From Chlorokybus atmophyticus (Eukaryota > Plantae > Mesostigma and Chlorokybus algae), in contig RHPI01002823.1 of NCBI GenBank assembly GCA_009103225.1, positions 702,164 to 766,163 on the forward strand: a DNA stretch of 64,000 nt, in the 5' to 3' direction. The position numbers were made by a program, and so were the translations under genes. Shown here piece by piece: positions 19,101 to 33,884 of this stretch. How positions within the stretch are numbered: the first letter of the stretch is position 1; every line of letters begins with the position of its first letter. The notes under the pieces are model-generated. The model was given only the letters and a program-made list of their open reading frames with translations. It did no database searches and was not told where the DNA came from.

Positions 19101-21924
19101 AGAAGGCGACATTGTCCAGCAGGCCAACATCGCCCGACAGGCCAACATCGCCTGAAGCCAAGTCGTCACCGCGAAGCATTTCAGTTTCAGAGAAGCCTAA
19201 GCAGGTTGCAGAGTTGGAGAGAGTCGCAGAGGAGCGCCGCAAGAGTGTTGAAAGCATGAGTGCTGAGCTTGAGCGGGTGCGCTCAGAGCGATCACAGCAG
19301 GAGCAGCAAGCTTCGCAGGTGGCGCGCATGCTAAATGAAGCCTTGGCGCGAATCTCAGAGTTGGATAGCACGATCCACGTTGCAACTAACAGGGTACACA
19401 CAAATACAAACATGGATTCAGTTTGCCTTGTCGTCGCTCAGCTAGTACTTGGTACTCCCTTGATTGTGCCTTTGCTGGAGTTGCTTTGCTGAAGTTGTTG
19501 TGGTAATGCCAGGCAAATGAGCTTGAGCAGGAGGTCAAGCGGCTTACGCACAGCCTTGCGGAAGCCACCGCTGCTTGCGAGAACCTGCAATTTGAGCAAC
19601 AAGAGCAGCTTGCTCTGCAAGCCCGTAACATAGCACAGTTGGAAGAGGAGAGGCACCGAGAACTGCAGAAGGCGCAGCGCGAACTCAAATTTATTGAAAG
19701 AGAGCGGGAGGTTCAGGTCGGTGGCTGGGTGTCAAGTAGTGCACAGCTTGGCTTGCTCAAATGTGTAAGAGTAGTGAGGTGCTAAGTCGTCAATCTATAC
19801 TACAGGTGGGAGAGCTCAAAGTCATTGCTGAATCAGCAACTTCAAGGCTGCAAGAGTTGCAGGCAGATTTTGAGAGGCAGATGGCACAGCAGCAACAAAT
19901 GATATCAGAGCTCACGCTTCAGCGTGACAAGGTAAACCTTCCCCCCGCCCTCCAACTCATTATGAAAACTCAGACATGCAATGGATGCCTGCTGCAGTCA
20001 TCTGGCAAATTGCAACTCGCGCTTCATGCCATCCTGGCCAGCCTTTGTTCGCACTGTTCAGGCAATCATGCTGACATGGGTTTATCCTACAGAATGCCAC
20101 GCCAAGCGTTATACTTTACATGTTATGTTGGATGTCATGGACGGACTGCTGCTTTGGCAAGCTGTGCGTGTGTGTGTGCGTGTGCGCGCGCTCACCACTG
20201 TTACTGTGTGGGCACTTGCGCACTCAAGTGATGTGTCACTTACCAGGTTGAGAGGGAGCTGCTTGCTACTGCCAAAATTGCCAGTGATTTGGAGCGATCA
20301 TCCCAGCAGCAAGCAGAGGCGCTTGAGGCTGGCCGCACACAGTTTTCAGCCGAAGATGATCATGAGGTCAGCTTGAACCGACTCAGCATCAATGCTGCTC
20401 AGTCATCTCATTTGCCCGACAGCAGGACTCTTTCCTGCAGGTGTCGGCAGCCAGACTTGCCACAGAAACAGAAGCCGGCGCCGCGGTGTCGCGGTGGCGT
20501 AACGAAGCAGCGCGGTTGGAGTCCGAACGTGCTCAGATGGCGGACAAGGCTGATTACCTCGTGCGCCAAGTCGCAGAGCTTGAGACGGAGCTGACAGCAA
20601 TACAGAGTGAATTCAATGCGCGCGTTGCAGATGTCGAGAAGGTGTGCTTGTGTTGGTGATGTCATGTCCATGTGTGCGCGTCCTCTGCCAGAAGTCTCAT
20701 CATGTGTGATGGTGTTGGGCGATTACTGCAGGTCTGGCAGCAACGGTGCGAGGTGTTGGAAAAGCAGCTGTCCAAGCGTGTGAGTGCAGGCTCTGGGCGG
20801 CTGGAGGAGAAAGTGTGGGAGAGCAAGTACCGAGAGCTCAAAGAGCGGTTGGAGCGTGACGCACTCAACAACGAGAGCGCCTGGCATGACCAGTATCGCA
20901 GCTTGAAAGCCGAGTTTCGCGCGTGGCGTGAGAAAGCCCGCAGTATGCTGGTGAGTGTGGTGATTACATGCGGGGCAGTGATACACTATGCAACTCAGCA
21001 ATGAGGATGATTTGGCTATGTGCACACAATACCTGAATGTACAGATGAGCAAAGATGAAGAGCTGACGCAGCTGCGGGTCAAGTCACGTGGAGACAGCCG
21101 CATTATGCCGGGCCCTGCTTTGCTGGCTCTGGCCAACAATGGGCGCCATGCTGAGTACCGTGAACTGCAGCACCCTGAGGATGAAGTGGACGCTACTTCC
21201 AATGCCTCAACTGAAGAAGTAAGTTGTGCGCAGGGCTCGGTAGCATCCATCTGTGGATGCTTACCTTGCATCATTGTTTGACTTTGATTGGGACAGTTGT
21301 TTAATCCCACAGCAGAGGGGTTTTGCGTTGTGCTCCCCGCTGTAGTGATACCATTTGAGTGGTAGGCAGCATTTGCTGGTCGTAACAGTGGCGCCATTCA
21401 CATTTGCAGATGGAGCGAGCAATCATAGAAGCTGCTATGATGCAAGCACTGCGGGAGAATGAGCTGCAGGTGAAGCAGCAACAAATAAAGGCCCTGGAGC
21501 AAATGTGGGAAGACAGCGAGCACACGCACGAGCTCCGAGACAAGGCCCAGCAGGTGCTGTGCTTCTACTATATGCTCTGCATACCTGTTACAAGCTGTTG
21601 GTTGTGACAGCATGTCTTCATGTGCCTGGAGACTAATGCAGTTGAATGCCTTTGTGACCAATGCAGGTGCTGAAGGCTGAGATCAACGAGCTGTCGCGGT
21701 CAAAGACAAGAGAGTCTGTGGACATGCTGTACCTGAAGAACGTGGTTCTGAAGTACATGGAAACAAATGAGCAGCAGACGCTGCTGCCCGTCATTGCCCG
21801 GTTACTGCAGTTCAATCAGGATGAGCAGGCGCGAGTCAGCGCGCTTATTGCCGCGCGAAACGCCGCAGCCTCCTCCCTTTTGCCATCCCTTGGGCCAATG
21901 CTTCCTAGCATATTCCAAAGCTAG
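16163..21924 (+). CDS. GRIP-domain trans-Golgi golgin (long coiled coil)
   Basis: Start MKKFLSKSRELA followed by many coiled-coil exons. The C-terminal GRIP signature is DMLYLKNVVLKYMETNEQQTLLPVIARLLQFNQDE. Confidence 0.88.
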
Positions 21925-23560
21925 GCGTTGGTATACAGGGCGATGAACCGCTGTATTCGGTTGCCCTCTTAGGCATCTGCTCTCAATAACCATGCTGTGC
22001 AGCTGGATACCAGCTGGGTACCAATTGTGAACACATCATATGTCTGGCAGGTTGTGCATGTTGCAGTCAGTGCATACGGTATCACAGACAAAGACAACCT
22101 AGGTAGCAAGCACGCCAAGTAGGCCAGCTAAGCAAACCATACACAATTTAGACAGGGGGTATAGCTTACTAACACTAACACTACTCTACAACCCGACTAG
22201 CTATGTGAATATGTTTGTGCAAGTGCGTGCAAGTGCTGGTAGCGGCAAGCAAGATGGGGCAGGCGAACAACCTGCAGGAGGCGAGGAAAGAGCAGAGGAG
22301 AAAGAGCAGTTGAGTGCGGGCACGTAGATCTGCAGCCGTAAAGGGGCCAGTCATAGGGGCAACGTGCAATGCAGGGCAGACAGTAGCACGCGCACATGGC
22401 CGCAGCTGTGCAGGGAGTACATGACGTCAGCAGGCATGTACATACAATGCGAAACGGCAATGCACATGCATAGTGGCATGCACAGTCAGCAGCATGCAGA
22501 GTGACATAGCGTATACCAACAACACCATTGTCAGGTTGACCACCGGGTTCATTCACTACCTCACACGCTGCACTATCCCTACCACCCCGTTAGCCATGTA
22601 AGCATGCACATGCATATGCGTTCACCTGCACAACGGCCGTGTGTGACAAGACCCTAAAGGCTGCAGTGCGGCTGCAAACGACAGTCGGCAGCGACGGCGG
22701 TGTTGTTGCCAGAGATGGTGGAGGGTGGGAGCAAGGCGGCGAGGGGAGTTAGCTGATCGTCGTGACAGCCGGTGCTGGTGACGTCGGCACTAACGCCAAC
22801 GCCTATGTGCAGGTGACTGCCTCTGACGATTGCATGCATGACTGACAGGGTGGAATAGTTGTAGTGGTAGAGTAGATGTAGAAGTAGGTGGTGAACTTAG
22901 TTCAGCCCGGTGGTTGTGTTCAAAGTGCGTATGTGTGTGGGTCATGTTGCATATTGCACTGGACAGTGGCATGCAGCTGCTGGCAGCGCTGTGTTGTGCG
23001 TGTGTGTGCTGTATGGCATGCGTTGTACGCAGTGAATTCCCTCACCGTTCTTTGTACACTCCCTCATAGTACACGCCGCACAGCAACAGCATGTACAGGA
23101 GATGCTCGAAGCAGTTTTGTACATGCATTATGCAGAAGCACATCAGCGCATTCTCAAACAGCATGCAAGCATTATCCTATGTCTACATGATGATGCGCCT
23201 GTCGAGTATGTGGATGCAAGGCCAGTACTCCTGTAGTTGATGAGTAATGGCAGATTTGATGTTGAAAGCAGTTATCAGATTTAGAACACGCAGAACTTGA
23301 GCACCTTGCTCAACTCGCACCTTGCTCAACTCATACAGCCATTGCCCATACAATGGCTATGCATTACACCTTTCCGCATAAAGAGGACATGCGCTGCATG
23401 CTCCCACCCGTTTTGCACCCAGCTGCAACATGCCCCAATCCACCAGCAGTGCAGGCACAACTGTTGTTCTTGTGGCAAACAACATAGACACCAGTGCACA
23501 AGCTTGGGTTATCACCAATAGGAAGCAGCGCAATTCATGGCTCAACCTCACAAGGCACAG

Positions 23561-26500
23561 TCAGACTGCCACCAAACCAGCCCAACGCAAGCTCTCTGCA
23601 GCATCCCGAAGCCTTTGATTGGTGATGATGTGCGCCATTTGCTTGGGAACCCGCCCCTTGCCACTCGCCTTAGCAACTGCATCACGCGCTTTCGCCTACG
23701 AGACAATCAACAACAGATTAGGGTACTTCATACAAGCACAACGTCGCAATTGCATACAGCAGTCACAGTATGAGTACCAACATCAAAGCCCGTTGTACCT
23801 GCAACTGCATTCGCTCGTTTTCTGACACAGGCGACCCATCCCGGCCTGTCACACTAACGCCAGCAACTTGAATGGAGCTGTCTTTGATAGCATACCTCAA
23901 TGCAACGGCTGTACAGAACAGCAGTTGTAAGAATGAGCCCACCGCGGGTTCAAACGCTGTTGCATCTGATGCATCAAGTCCGTCCTCAAGCACAGCAACA
24001 AGGCTTCGCACCAACATAAGGGATGTTGGCAATGGAGTTCGCCGGGGCGTCCATGTACTTGGCAGCATACAGGCCCACGACACACTCCACGGTGTTGGTG
24101 GACCTGTCGTGCCTCAGCACCGGGGCACCCGGCGCAGAGTGGCGCCACGCCGGTGGGGCTATAAGCATGGCCGCATTTGACAAGCAAAGCTCGCCTGCCA
24201 CCATCGGAGGCTGGGGGGGCTTTCCTTTGGCGTTCCGGGGCGTTACAGGCGGCGTGGCCAAACCACCTGTTTCAATCAGTTGTTGATCACATACAGCATG
24301 CCCACAACCAAATCTCGCAAACAACTGACAACTGAAAGAAAATCATGAGACTAATGTCGATACAGAGGAGGACACACTGGATGCGATATGTTAAGTAAAG
24401 TACTGGCATGGCACCTTTGGTTTGCAGCTCTTGAGACAGCTCTTCACGCAGTTTTCGCTCCCACGCAATAAGCGCGATGAAGTCGTGCAGGGCATTGAGC
24501 GGCAGTGCAAGCATCTCAAGGAACGGCGTCATCCTGCAGACTTCCACGGGCTCGCACGCGACGCGGCAGGTGAAGAAGTTGCACAGCTCTGTAATCTCCA
24601 CGTCCGTCAGCGTGCTTTGGGGTTGCTCCCGCGGTAGATTGGCCTGCCAGATACACGCACACAACACACACCGTTACAACACCATGCTGCATTTGCGTTT
24701 GACTTCTGAGTCAGGTCTGTTAACTGTTAACTCAGCGGATTGCAACAACTTCCGTAGCACTGGCTTCTTGTCATTTGTACTAGAACCTGGACAATGGCTG
24801 CGTTCCACTCCTGATCCTGCAGGGGCTGCTTCTGCACCCGCAGAGTGATCTTCGACCACAGCCCAGCAAAAATTTCATACCCGTAGCCTCTGCAAGGTGC
24901 AATACAACACAGTCCGTCAGTGGTGAGTGCTCACATGGTAAGTAACGCATGCGGCTTACAGCCCACGCTGCTGGGAAAGCGCAACACACACCACGCCTAC
25001 CTGGCCATGAAACGAACCGCAGGCCGCCGATCCTGATGCGCGTAGCATAGCCAGCCGCCCTCTTTGCTGTTCTTGAACGTGCTCTTAACCATCTCCGGCA
25101 GCGTGGCGATGAGAGACTTGATGATGGCTTTCCTTAGGAGACGCCTGAGCGCCGTGTCCAACTGTGCTGGTGATACCCAAAGGCCCGCCAACAGCACGCC
25201 TCCCGCTTGCAACGACTAAAACAGGGAAAAACATATCTACATCAGGCGTGTCAATGTTCTGAAGCACTACAACAACAGCTGTACGTAACATGAGAGGATG
25301 TGCAACTTGGCGCTCGTCAAACAACATGCTGGTGCGTTCATTACCTGTGCTTTTGAGCCCAGTTTGCCAGCCAGATCGTTCATGAAGCTGGGTAGGTTGT
25401 GGCAGTTGGTGAACCTCACCGGGTCGGGCACGCCTGCTTTGAGCAAGGCCGAGGGGGAGTCGAGGGCCTCCCCAAGCCATATGTGGTTTGGGGAGAACAC
25501 GCGCATGTCAAAGGGGAAGACGCCCTTGAACACCAGCCTGATGCGCGTGAGAGACCGCTGCAGCCGGATGACATCGAGGGGCCATCGGGGAGGCGGCGGC
25601 AGATCAGAGGCAACTGCGGGTGTGGTTGTTGTTGTTGCTGTGGTTGTGCTCGCTATGGTGGGGGTGCTTGTTACAGGGGCGACGGTAGTAGTGAGGGATG
25701 CGACAGATGGCATTGATGGCAGACGCACGAGAGGTGCTTTGAAGCTGCCGCCGTTGGCGGTGATTGCAATGGGCAGCCTACCGCTTGCTGTCATGGTGGC
25801 TGAAGGGGGAGGAGGGAAGGCTACAGGTAACGATGATGGCTGTCGCATGACAGCCGCGAGCGCGGTGAACGGCAGCGCTGTAGAACACAGCGTGTCTACA
25901 ACCAACCCTTCCTCGCGTTTATTTATGTACTGTTCTAATAACTGCAGCACACCGGATACAGTGAGCATCACACGATCAGCAAACACACTGCACGGCGCGC
26001 ACACACGCTAGGCAGCGCACACGAACATGCGTTGGTGCATGTTTGTGCACGTATGTGTGCGTGTATGCATCCGCGTGAAAGCGATTGGTTGTGTATGTAC
26101 TCCCGCAGAAGTTGAGCACTGTGGTGTTACCTGCACACTAGGATAAATGTCTGAGGGAACAACTCGCACGCTGCATCCAGTATGCAACGTCCAACGCAAC
26201 TCAATCCGCAACTGCACGTCCTGGAGGTGTGGTGGCGTTGTGGTCGCAGGGGCATTCTCTTGCTTGACGCCATCCATCTGCATTCGATACCGTAACACGG
26301 CATGGGTCGGGCCGACCTCTGCGAGCCAAATGTCTCCACTCGGTTCAACTTGCGAGTCTTGGAGGGAGTCCTGCTTCCGCCTTTGCAGTGCAGCGGCCAA
26401 CCTTACCACAGAGCCCTGTGCGAGCCTGACGCGAGCAATATCGCCAATCAGTGCCTTAACAGGTGACTGATGTGCCTGTCAACACCAACAGCAAGGTGGA

Positions 26501-29500
26501 TGAGTACAATCCAACCTATTGCAAGGATGGAAACATCATGCATGCTTCTTATCGCTGAGTGCACACCTCCTGATATTGTAGCTGAAGGCCAGTGGCTGTG
26601 AGCCGTATGTGTTGATCAGCCGCGAGGATGGAAAACCGCGGGCGATGCTGTGCGTCGCTGAAGGTGGCTGCCACGTGCGTGGTGTCGACCTCTGTGGACC
26701 AGAGAGCCGACCTGTTCGACGGGCTGCTCGCCGTCTGAGTGAAGCTCTCAACACCGGTGGAGAGCTCATGCAAGAGCGTGAAGTACTGGTTGCTTATGCA
26801 GGCTGTCCACGAGTCATGGGCTGGCTGCATAAACCTGCGCAGCATCACACCCGTGCATGAGCAAGGAGTGTTCGGAATACAAACCAACCCTCATATCATT
26901 ATCCCACGACTTTGAGTTAAAGCAGCACGTGTTGGATGGCACTGGCATGAAGACCCTGCACATTATGACAATGACAGCATAATCGTACCTAATAGTCACT
27001 ATAGAAGGTGGTACTTTGGGATCGCACACGTCAACAAGGGAGCCATGCCCGAGCCCACTTGCCGTCGACCAAGACGGGACCGTCAACCGTAGCGAAGGAG
27101 GGTTGTGCGTCGCGCGCAACGCCAGTTCCTGGGTAAACAACAGGCCCTCCGCCTCCAGTTGAGACGCCAACCGCGCCTAAACAGAGGATGTCATGCACAG
27201 CAAATGCAAACAGTGGCTATCCAAAACGCCATTAACAAAACTCACCTGTCGGATCCAACCCCAGCACTGCTGTACAACGGCAGCCAGCGTCTCATCGAGC
27301 GCCTTGCCATGGAATGTGGTCTCGCCATTGACAGGTGCTTCCGGGTCCATCTTCAACCTCTTCATAGACAGCTGCTGCTCGCCCTCACTAACATCGAGTT
27401 TCCGTTTCCAACCCGTCGAGACACGGCCTGCTTCGAGACTTGCGGTGCCAAGCTGTTGCTGTTGTGTAGGGAGCAATGAAGGGATCTCGACCCACGTCCT
27501 CGCTCGCTGCATGTTGGCTACAGACGGTCGGGTTTTCTCCGCACGCACCAGGTAGAAGGACATGGCGTACTCGTCTGTGAGCTGTACGAGCAGGTAGAAG
27601 GGACCCTGTCCCGGGAACGCAAAAACAACCCAACGGTTGTTTGCATTGAGCTGCGATATGTCGGAAGTCAGCTGCGCTACCACCTCGGGCCTCCCAGCCA
27701 TCTATACAAGATTGAAAAGATTGTCAAAGCCAGTACTGCAACATGTGCATACAACTGCAAAGAGCAATTGTGTCAAATCCTCTGCATCTGCATACAAGCA
27801 CATGCGCTCATGCAACACGTATAAATGCACGTAGGTGCATGTGTTTGTCTTGATGGAAGACTGACCAGCCCAAGGGATGTTGCTGCGGTGCGAACGAGGT
27901 GTTTGACAACTTCAAAGCGTAAAGCCAACAGGGCATCAACAAGTGACGAGGTTCCCGAGTTCAGAGCAGTTTGCAGCTCGTCAGTCACGGGGCCCACAAA
28001 AGTTGCCTCAGGGGCTCGAAGCAGCAGTTGGCCGGTTCTGCAACAGTGTACCGTACTTGCTGCACGCAACATGCCAAAGCAAATGCACGTACTTAAGGGA
28101 CAAGACAACTCACCTGGAGTTGACAGCCACTGTCATGAACAAGTCTCCGTGTGCTCGCACAAGAACAACTGTCTGTGCAAAGGGGTCTTCCGGTTGCAAC
28201 CCTGAAGAGAGCTGAACATCATCTTTGGCTTTGCATAATCTAAGATCCTCGCGACATAGGTCTGCCAGCCGCTGTAGCGCAGTGTATATGTGACACTGTA
28301 GAGCATACACCAGCAACTGCTCCACGTCCACGCGGCGCAGGTTAATTCTAAACGTGGCCGCTTTCTGGGTGGCTGGGTCCAACACCTGCGATACAGTAAT
28401 GATGAAGCTTGTGAACTTGTGATGGACCGTAGCTATATCTGGTGTATCTCTCGGCCATACCTGCAGCGAATGGCGGCAAACGAGAAACCGATCCTGATCG
28501 AGCTCAAGTCGCATGGCCGGCTGCTCAGCCTTGGGTTCTTTGAGAGTTTCCAAACCCGAGAATATGTCATCAACGGCCGATGCAACCACTGGGGGAGGCA
28601 CGCGGGGCTGAAACAACATACAGGTTGATACATACACGACCAAATATCAGCACCACAACGCACACATTCCGTCAGCAACACACACCTGCAAGGCCAGGTC
28701 GGCAGCCATAGTGTTCACGTTCCAGTAAGTGAGTGCAACGCCTCCAAGGGATCCTTGCTGGCCAGCAGACGGCCGAGCCTCTGCTGTGCCAGCCAGCACC
28801 CCCGTGACTCCAGTGGCCTGCTGGATGGTCTCATACTTCATGATGTCCGCCCAACGCCCGCGCTTCAGCGCCACTGTCTGCCGAACGATCTGATCCAAGA
28901 CAACTGACAGGCAAAGCTCGTGGAGGAGGGCATACACCTGCACAGTAGACAGTAGACAGTAGTACGCAGTGTACTCATAATAGTTCAACAAGATGATGGT
29001 GACATGGAAGCTGGAGTGCACGCGAGCACATACGTGAACCAATGGCTGTTCTGTAGCAGCCAATTGACGCTGGAACTCCTCGCGAATCCAGTCACGTTGA
29101 TTTTTTGTCAACGCGGTGCGCCACTTCCACCTGTTGCTGTGAGTGTGGCAATCATGAAACTTTCACGTTACCTAAGGAACATGGATCAATAGAGCACAGG
29201 CTACGGAGGGCAGTTGAGAGTACCTGGAGCTTGCCGTGCCATTGCCGCCATCTCCAGCTAACAAGTCCAGGCTTAGCAGCTTCCATCGATCCAGACTGTC
29301 CTCATGGCCCAACGTCAATGTGGCACGGAACTCGTCCTCGACCTCAAGGAAAAGCTTGCCCTCGCTGACCTCAGCAACCGAACACCTCCGCGGAAGTGCC
29401 AACTCGTAGACAGCAGCTCTCAGTCTATCATCCAATCGAGCGAGGAGCTGCAAGGGGCATACAGGTCAGTAAATAAAGAGCATGACTAGCATGGTTGAAG

Positions 29501-30512
29501 TGTTCTTGCTTCATCTTACCTTTCTCCCTTCAGGGGTGCCCACCGGTACGCCTGGTAGTGGGCCCGCAAGCGCAGCAATAGCATTTGGGAGCCGTGGGAC
29601 TGTGCCAGTGGACAAAACGTCCACTGCTGTGGGTATGTCGTACATGGGCGCACAAGCCTCGTCCAGCTGTGCGTGCAAAAAGAACAAGGAGTCTGCAGCA
29701 GCCGTAAAGCTCGCATCGTGGGCGCCAAGTATTGACTGCAATTGCTGACATGATGACACTGCTGGCATCTGTCCAGCACAAAAAAAATCAGCCTCATGAC
29801 ACGACAGATATCCTGTGTACTGCTTGTGCATGTTGGCCATAGCACGCACATATGCACTGCCTGCATGTAACAAGGACTGAAAGTGCAGGATGCCGGTGGA
29901 CGCACAAGATGCTGAGTGCAGCAGTGCTGATGACGAGTATACTTCACCTGTGAAGACCATTTGGCCAGAACAAGCAGGCGTAGCAGATGCTGCCGGGTGA
30001 CATGAAGAAAAGTAAGCAGAGCCTTCTTGCGTTCCGAGTCCGACTTGCCAGGAAGGCCAGTACAGAGAGCGCGCAGGCGAGCATGTGCTGCACTGGTTAC
30101 GCGAACCACCAACTGCAATGCGCATGCAATGACTATAGGCTCCAGTTGTGCCAGCAGGTCACACGTACTCGCCTCACTAAGCAACATCATGCATGCTTGG
30201 ACAACACGCACGCGAACACGCAAGCATGGGAAGCATGTAATCATCTACATCCACATCTACATCTAACCTTTGGACCATGTGACAATGCATGCATGCATGC
30301 ATGCATGCAACATAAGCGTTGCATGCATGGCAGCAAACTCACTTGGTGCGCACTGCTACGCGCATGCGCAGAGCATGACAACTCAACGAGAGCCCTGGCG
30401 CGATGGAGTGGCAAATCACAGCTTCCACTCAACCCCAGCAGTGCCCAGAAAGATATGATATAGCAACTGATGGTGGACGAGTCTACCATTCAAACGACAC
30501 TCCGCAGGACAT
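23561..30512 (-). CDS. MED14: Mediator subunit 14
   Basis: N-terminal LPGKSDSERKKALLTFLHVTRQHLLRLLVLAKW and HDASFTAAADSLFFLHAQLDEACAPMYDIPTAVDVLSTG. C-terminal plant-like EITELCNFFTCRVACEP...LPLNALHDFIALIAW and LRHDRSTNTVE. Last exon ends ...RLRDAAESLRWAGLVAV*. First-exon position is uncertain. Confidence 0.88.
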
Positions 30513-31383
30513 ACTGATTGATACGAAAGCATGCAAGTAGGGCATGTAATCCAGGCTGCAGCTTGTGTTCCTGCTGCATAATTGGCTTAGTGTTAAGTCA
30601 AAGCCCACCTCTGAAAGCGGCTGAGCTCGCTGCCAGCCACCAGCAACGGATCCGTTTGGCAAGCCCTCCATGGCTGGCTGGTCTGCTGCCAGTAGAAGCG
30701 AACCCTAACCCTAATTTAACCAACACCCCGAACACCGCCGACCCGGAAGCAGGCTACATTCTTCCAGAGCACAGCAGCACACGCATTATTAAGAGCCGCT
30801 GCGCTCGCGCTGCGTGCTATGGCGGCCACCGACGCCTCGGCATGCCGCCGCCAACCACACCGACAACAACAGTGTCGACGATTAGCTGAAACACGTCAAA
30901 ATTGCAGTGAAATCAAATTGCAGTCGTTAAGCAGCCGGTCTAGACGATCCGGCTGCAATCAGACAGTGTCAAACCGGATTCGGCAGGCTGGGTCGTTTGC
31001 GCCCAAGAGGAGGAGCGGCGCTCCGGGAGCGCGCACTGCAGCCTAAACAACGATGCTCGCGCTAGGGCAGCCATCGGCGTGTGTCGCTCCCGGAACGCCG
31101 GACGCCCGCGGCTTTATCCACAAAAGCGGCCAGCCCTGCCAGGCTGGTAAGCAGGCCGCAAGACCGATATCGAGCCCACATACAAAAAGGACGTAAAAAG
31201 CACTTTAGCCCAATACAATGTGTTGATTGAGGCATTAGGGTTTGTGGCGCGGCGTACAGAGTGTTGCTTTTACGTGGGCGGCAGTGTAGCTGAGGGCATT
31301 GTCAACGTAGGCGTTGTTGCAGCGGCCATCGTCACCGTCGTTGTCGTCGTCGTCGTCGTCGTCGTCACCGGTTAACACGCATC

Positions 31384-32297
31384 ATGGCTGCGACTGCTGT
31401 GTCTGCGTGCGTGGCGCTACCGGCATTGGCGCCCAGGAAGACCGCCGCCCGCATGGCTGCGGCCGCCCCTGCCGCCATCAAGCCCCTGCGCAGCTACGCC
31501 GGCCTTAGGAAAGAGACCCCCGCCGCCCTTGCCCAGGTGCGATGGCATGTGACTGTTCTTGTTTGTTGGCTTGCTTGGCATTGATGGTAAAGGCGCTGGG
31601 AGCCGCTTGTACCACCAGACCAATGTGGCAATGGGCGAGCCAATGGTGCTTGGTGCAAGTGCGGCAATGTTGGCTGTAGGGTTTATCACCATAGTATCAG
31701 AACGATAAGGGTTTCATGCTGGACGGCAAGGCAGATGGGTACCTGCCTCCCTCCTTGCCTCCCTTATTGGACGCATGGCTCTATAAAGCAGCCTGTCAGA
31801 TGCACAGCATCTACACTGATTGTCCGTGTAATGGAGAAGCAAGCCCATGCATCGGTACCTCCACATTGATCGGTATTGACATATGATACCGATCAATGTG
31901 GTACTACAGTCTGTTTGATTTGCGAGCAGGAAGCGAGATGGATTCCTGCATTCATGTTCAGTATCGCATGTTCATAAACAAGTTTCCATCTCTCAGTGGC
32001 TGTCTCCACCTTCTGAGTTGCTTGTGTGTCAGCCAGTTGTAGCTTTTGCAAGCCTGTACTCATCAAGCCTGAAATCGCCTTTCCTGTCAGGTTGCCACCT
32101 GCGATGATCGCTTCGCAGAGCTCTCACGGAAGGTCCGGTCCGGCATGAGCGCGCGTGGCGGTGCATTGGTCACGAAGAACAGCATCGGGGAGGAGATCCT
32201 CCGCATTGCTCCCGCCATGTTCGGCATTACCCTCATCGGGCTGGCTGTCGGCTTCATTCTGCTGCGAGTGGAGGCACTCACTGAGGAGGAAGCGTAG
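31384..32297 (+). CDS. petM: Cytochrome b6f subunit VII precursor (exons 31384-31536, 32091-32297)
   Basis: Transit peptide followed by RGGALVTKNSIGEEILRIAPAMFGITLIGLAVGFILLRVEALTEEEA*; clean GT-AG intron. Confidence 0.93.
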
Positions 32298-32989
32298 AGT
32301 AGTGAAGGCACTGCAGGATGATTGGGATGCCTGATGCAACTCGGCTGTGTAGATAATTGTCACTATTTACGGTAACTGGATACATTGTTCTTTGCCGGTT
32401 CTTATTTGGTTGGCGCATATTGAGTTCTGAGCACGTTGTCAGCATGCACAGTCCAACCAATTGAGCAAGTGGCACGTTCCTCGTGTGTGCTGCTTGCCTT
32501 CATGTGCCCTTGCACGAGTTGTGAGTGGTGTTTTGTCCTGCATGTACTAAGCGGCAAATGTATTGCGATTTACTGCCAGTAGAAGTTGTGCTTCACTATC
32601 ATTGGCAACTGCATTCCATGCAACCCGGCAGTTCTTCATGTGCTGGCACAATATGCGAGTGAATCTGCTCCGTTGGTGTACAATATTTGCATGTAATAGA
32701 CATTGCGCTCAACTGCTGCTGAAGCTGTGCGTTAATGCCATCCAAGAACTGCCTTCCACGCACCACACAGTAACACTTACATACCAATGGCCATGCCAAC
32801 TGCACTATCGCCAGTACTGGTGCCCATAGCTTGACCAGGTTGAGAGCTAGAAGAATGGTTGCTGCCAAAGCACCCATGTCAACGAGCACAACAGCAAGCA
32901 GGTAAGTTTCACCTCAAAGAGATACACGAATCTCACCAACTCTGTACATCCGAAACTATCCTAATTTTACGCGAAATGCACGGCACTCC

Positions 32990-33884
32990 TCATGACTGCC
33001 CTGAGTCCTGCTCTTCCCTCACCCGCCTCTCCTCTTCCTCAAGCTTGCGAAAATCATACTCGGTAACCAAGCCTAGGTTGTCCACCAGCTTGTGGTACAC
33101 ATTACAACCGCCACACTGGCAACACGCGAGTAAGCATGCACACGCAGACACACGCACATGCACATGCAGAAGTCAACAGTCCAACAACAGCATTCAGTGT
33201 TACCATTACGAATACAGTTCCGCGCTTGTACGCCCACGGGTTGACCAGCCGGGAAGTACGCGCGCCGCATGGCTTGCAGGTGAACTGCACCTGCAGGCGC
33301 CTCCTGGGGAGATCCAAGTCGACCTGGCAAGCAGCCGACGAATGTGTGGAATGTTCAATCACAAAGTGGGGAACTGCATGTAGGAGTAGTAAGACTTGCT
33401 GATCGACAGGCGTACCTGATTCAGTTCGACACCTTGCGGCGGAGCGTCTGCTTGCTGACTTGTTGAAGTTGTGGCGTCTACACAACAACAACAGTAGGAG
33501 GAGTTCAGCTCAGACCCTCCACAACGCGATGAAGTAAAACAATCACACACAATTGACAATCAAGTAACACTTGCATGCACGTCGACAAATGACTGACCAT
33601 GTCAATTTTCTAATCTTACCGTCCTGCTGTTGGCACGCAGCCAGCGTTGCCCTGCTGCCTGTACTCCAGTTGGTGCTTCTCCGCCTGCTTGCTTGCAATC
33701 TGATTGGCGCTCTATCGCTGCCTCGCCTGTAGCCCTTTGGAAAGGAGGCTGCCGCATGGGCGGCGGTAGGGGAGGCGGCAGGGGTGTCGTGGATGGCAGT
33801 GTGGTAGCCACTGCTGCCGGGCGCAGGCCGAGCTGCGGGTGCCGACGCTGCCCAGGACGGACACGCGGACGTCGACGTCGACAT
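32990..33884 (-). CDS. DNL/Zim17-type zinc-ribbon protein, plastid HSP70-escort-like
   Basis: LPRRRLQVQFTCKPCGARTSRLVNPWAYKRGTVFV spliced to QCGGCNVYHKLVDNLGLVTEYDFR; Ser/Ala-rich transit-peptide-like N-terminus. Confidence 0.88.

Noticed and set aside
22181-23520. Short ORFs between the GRIP and MED14 3' ends
   Set aside because: No recognisable motifs or consistent splice structure; probably UTR or intergenic.
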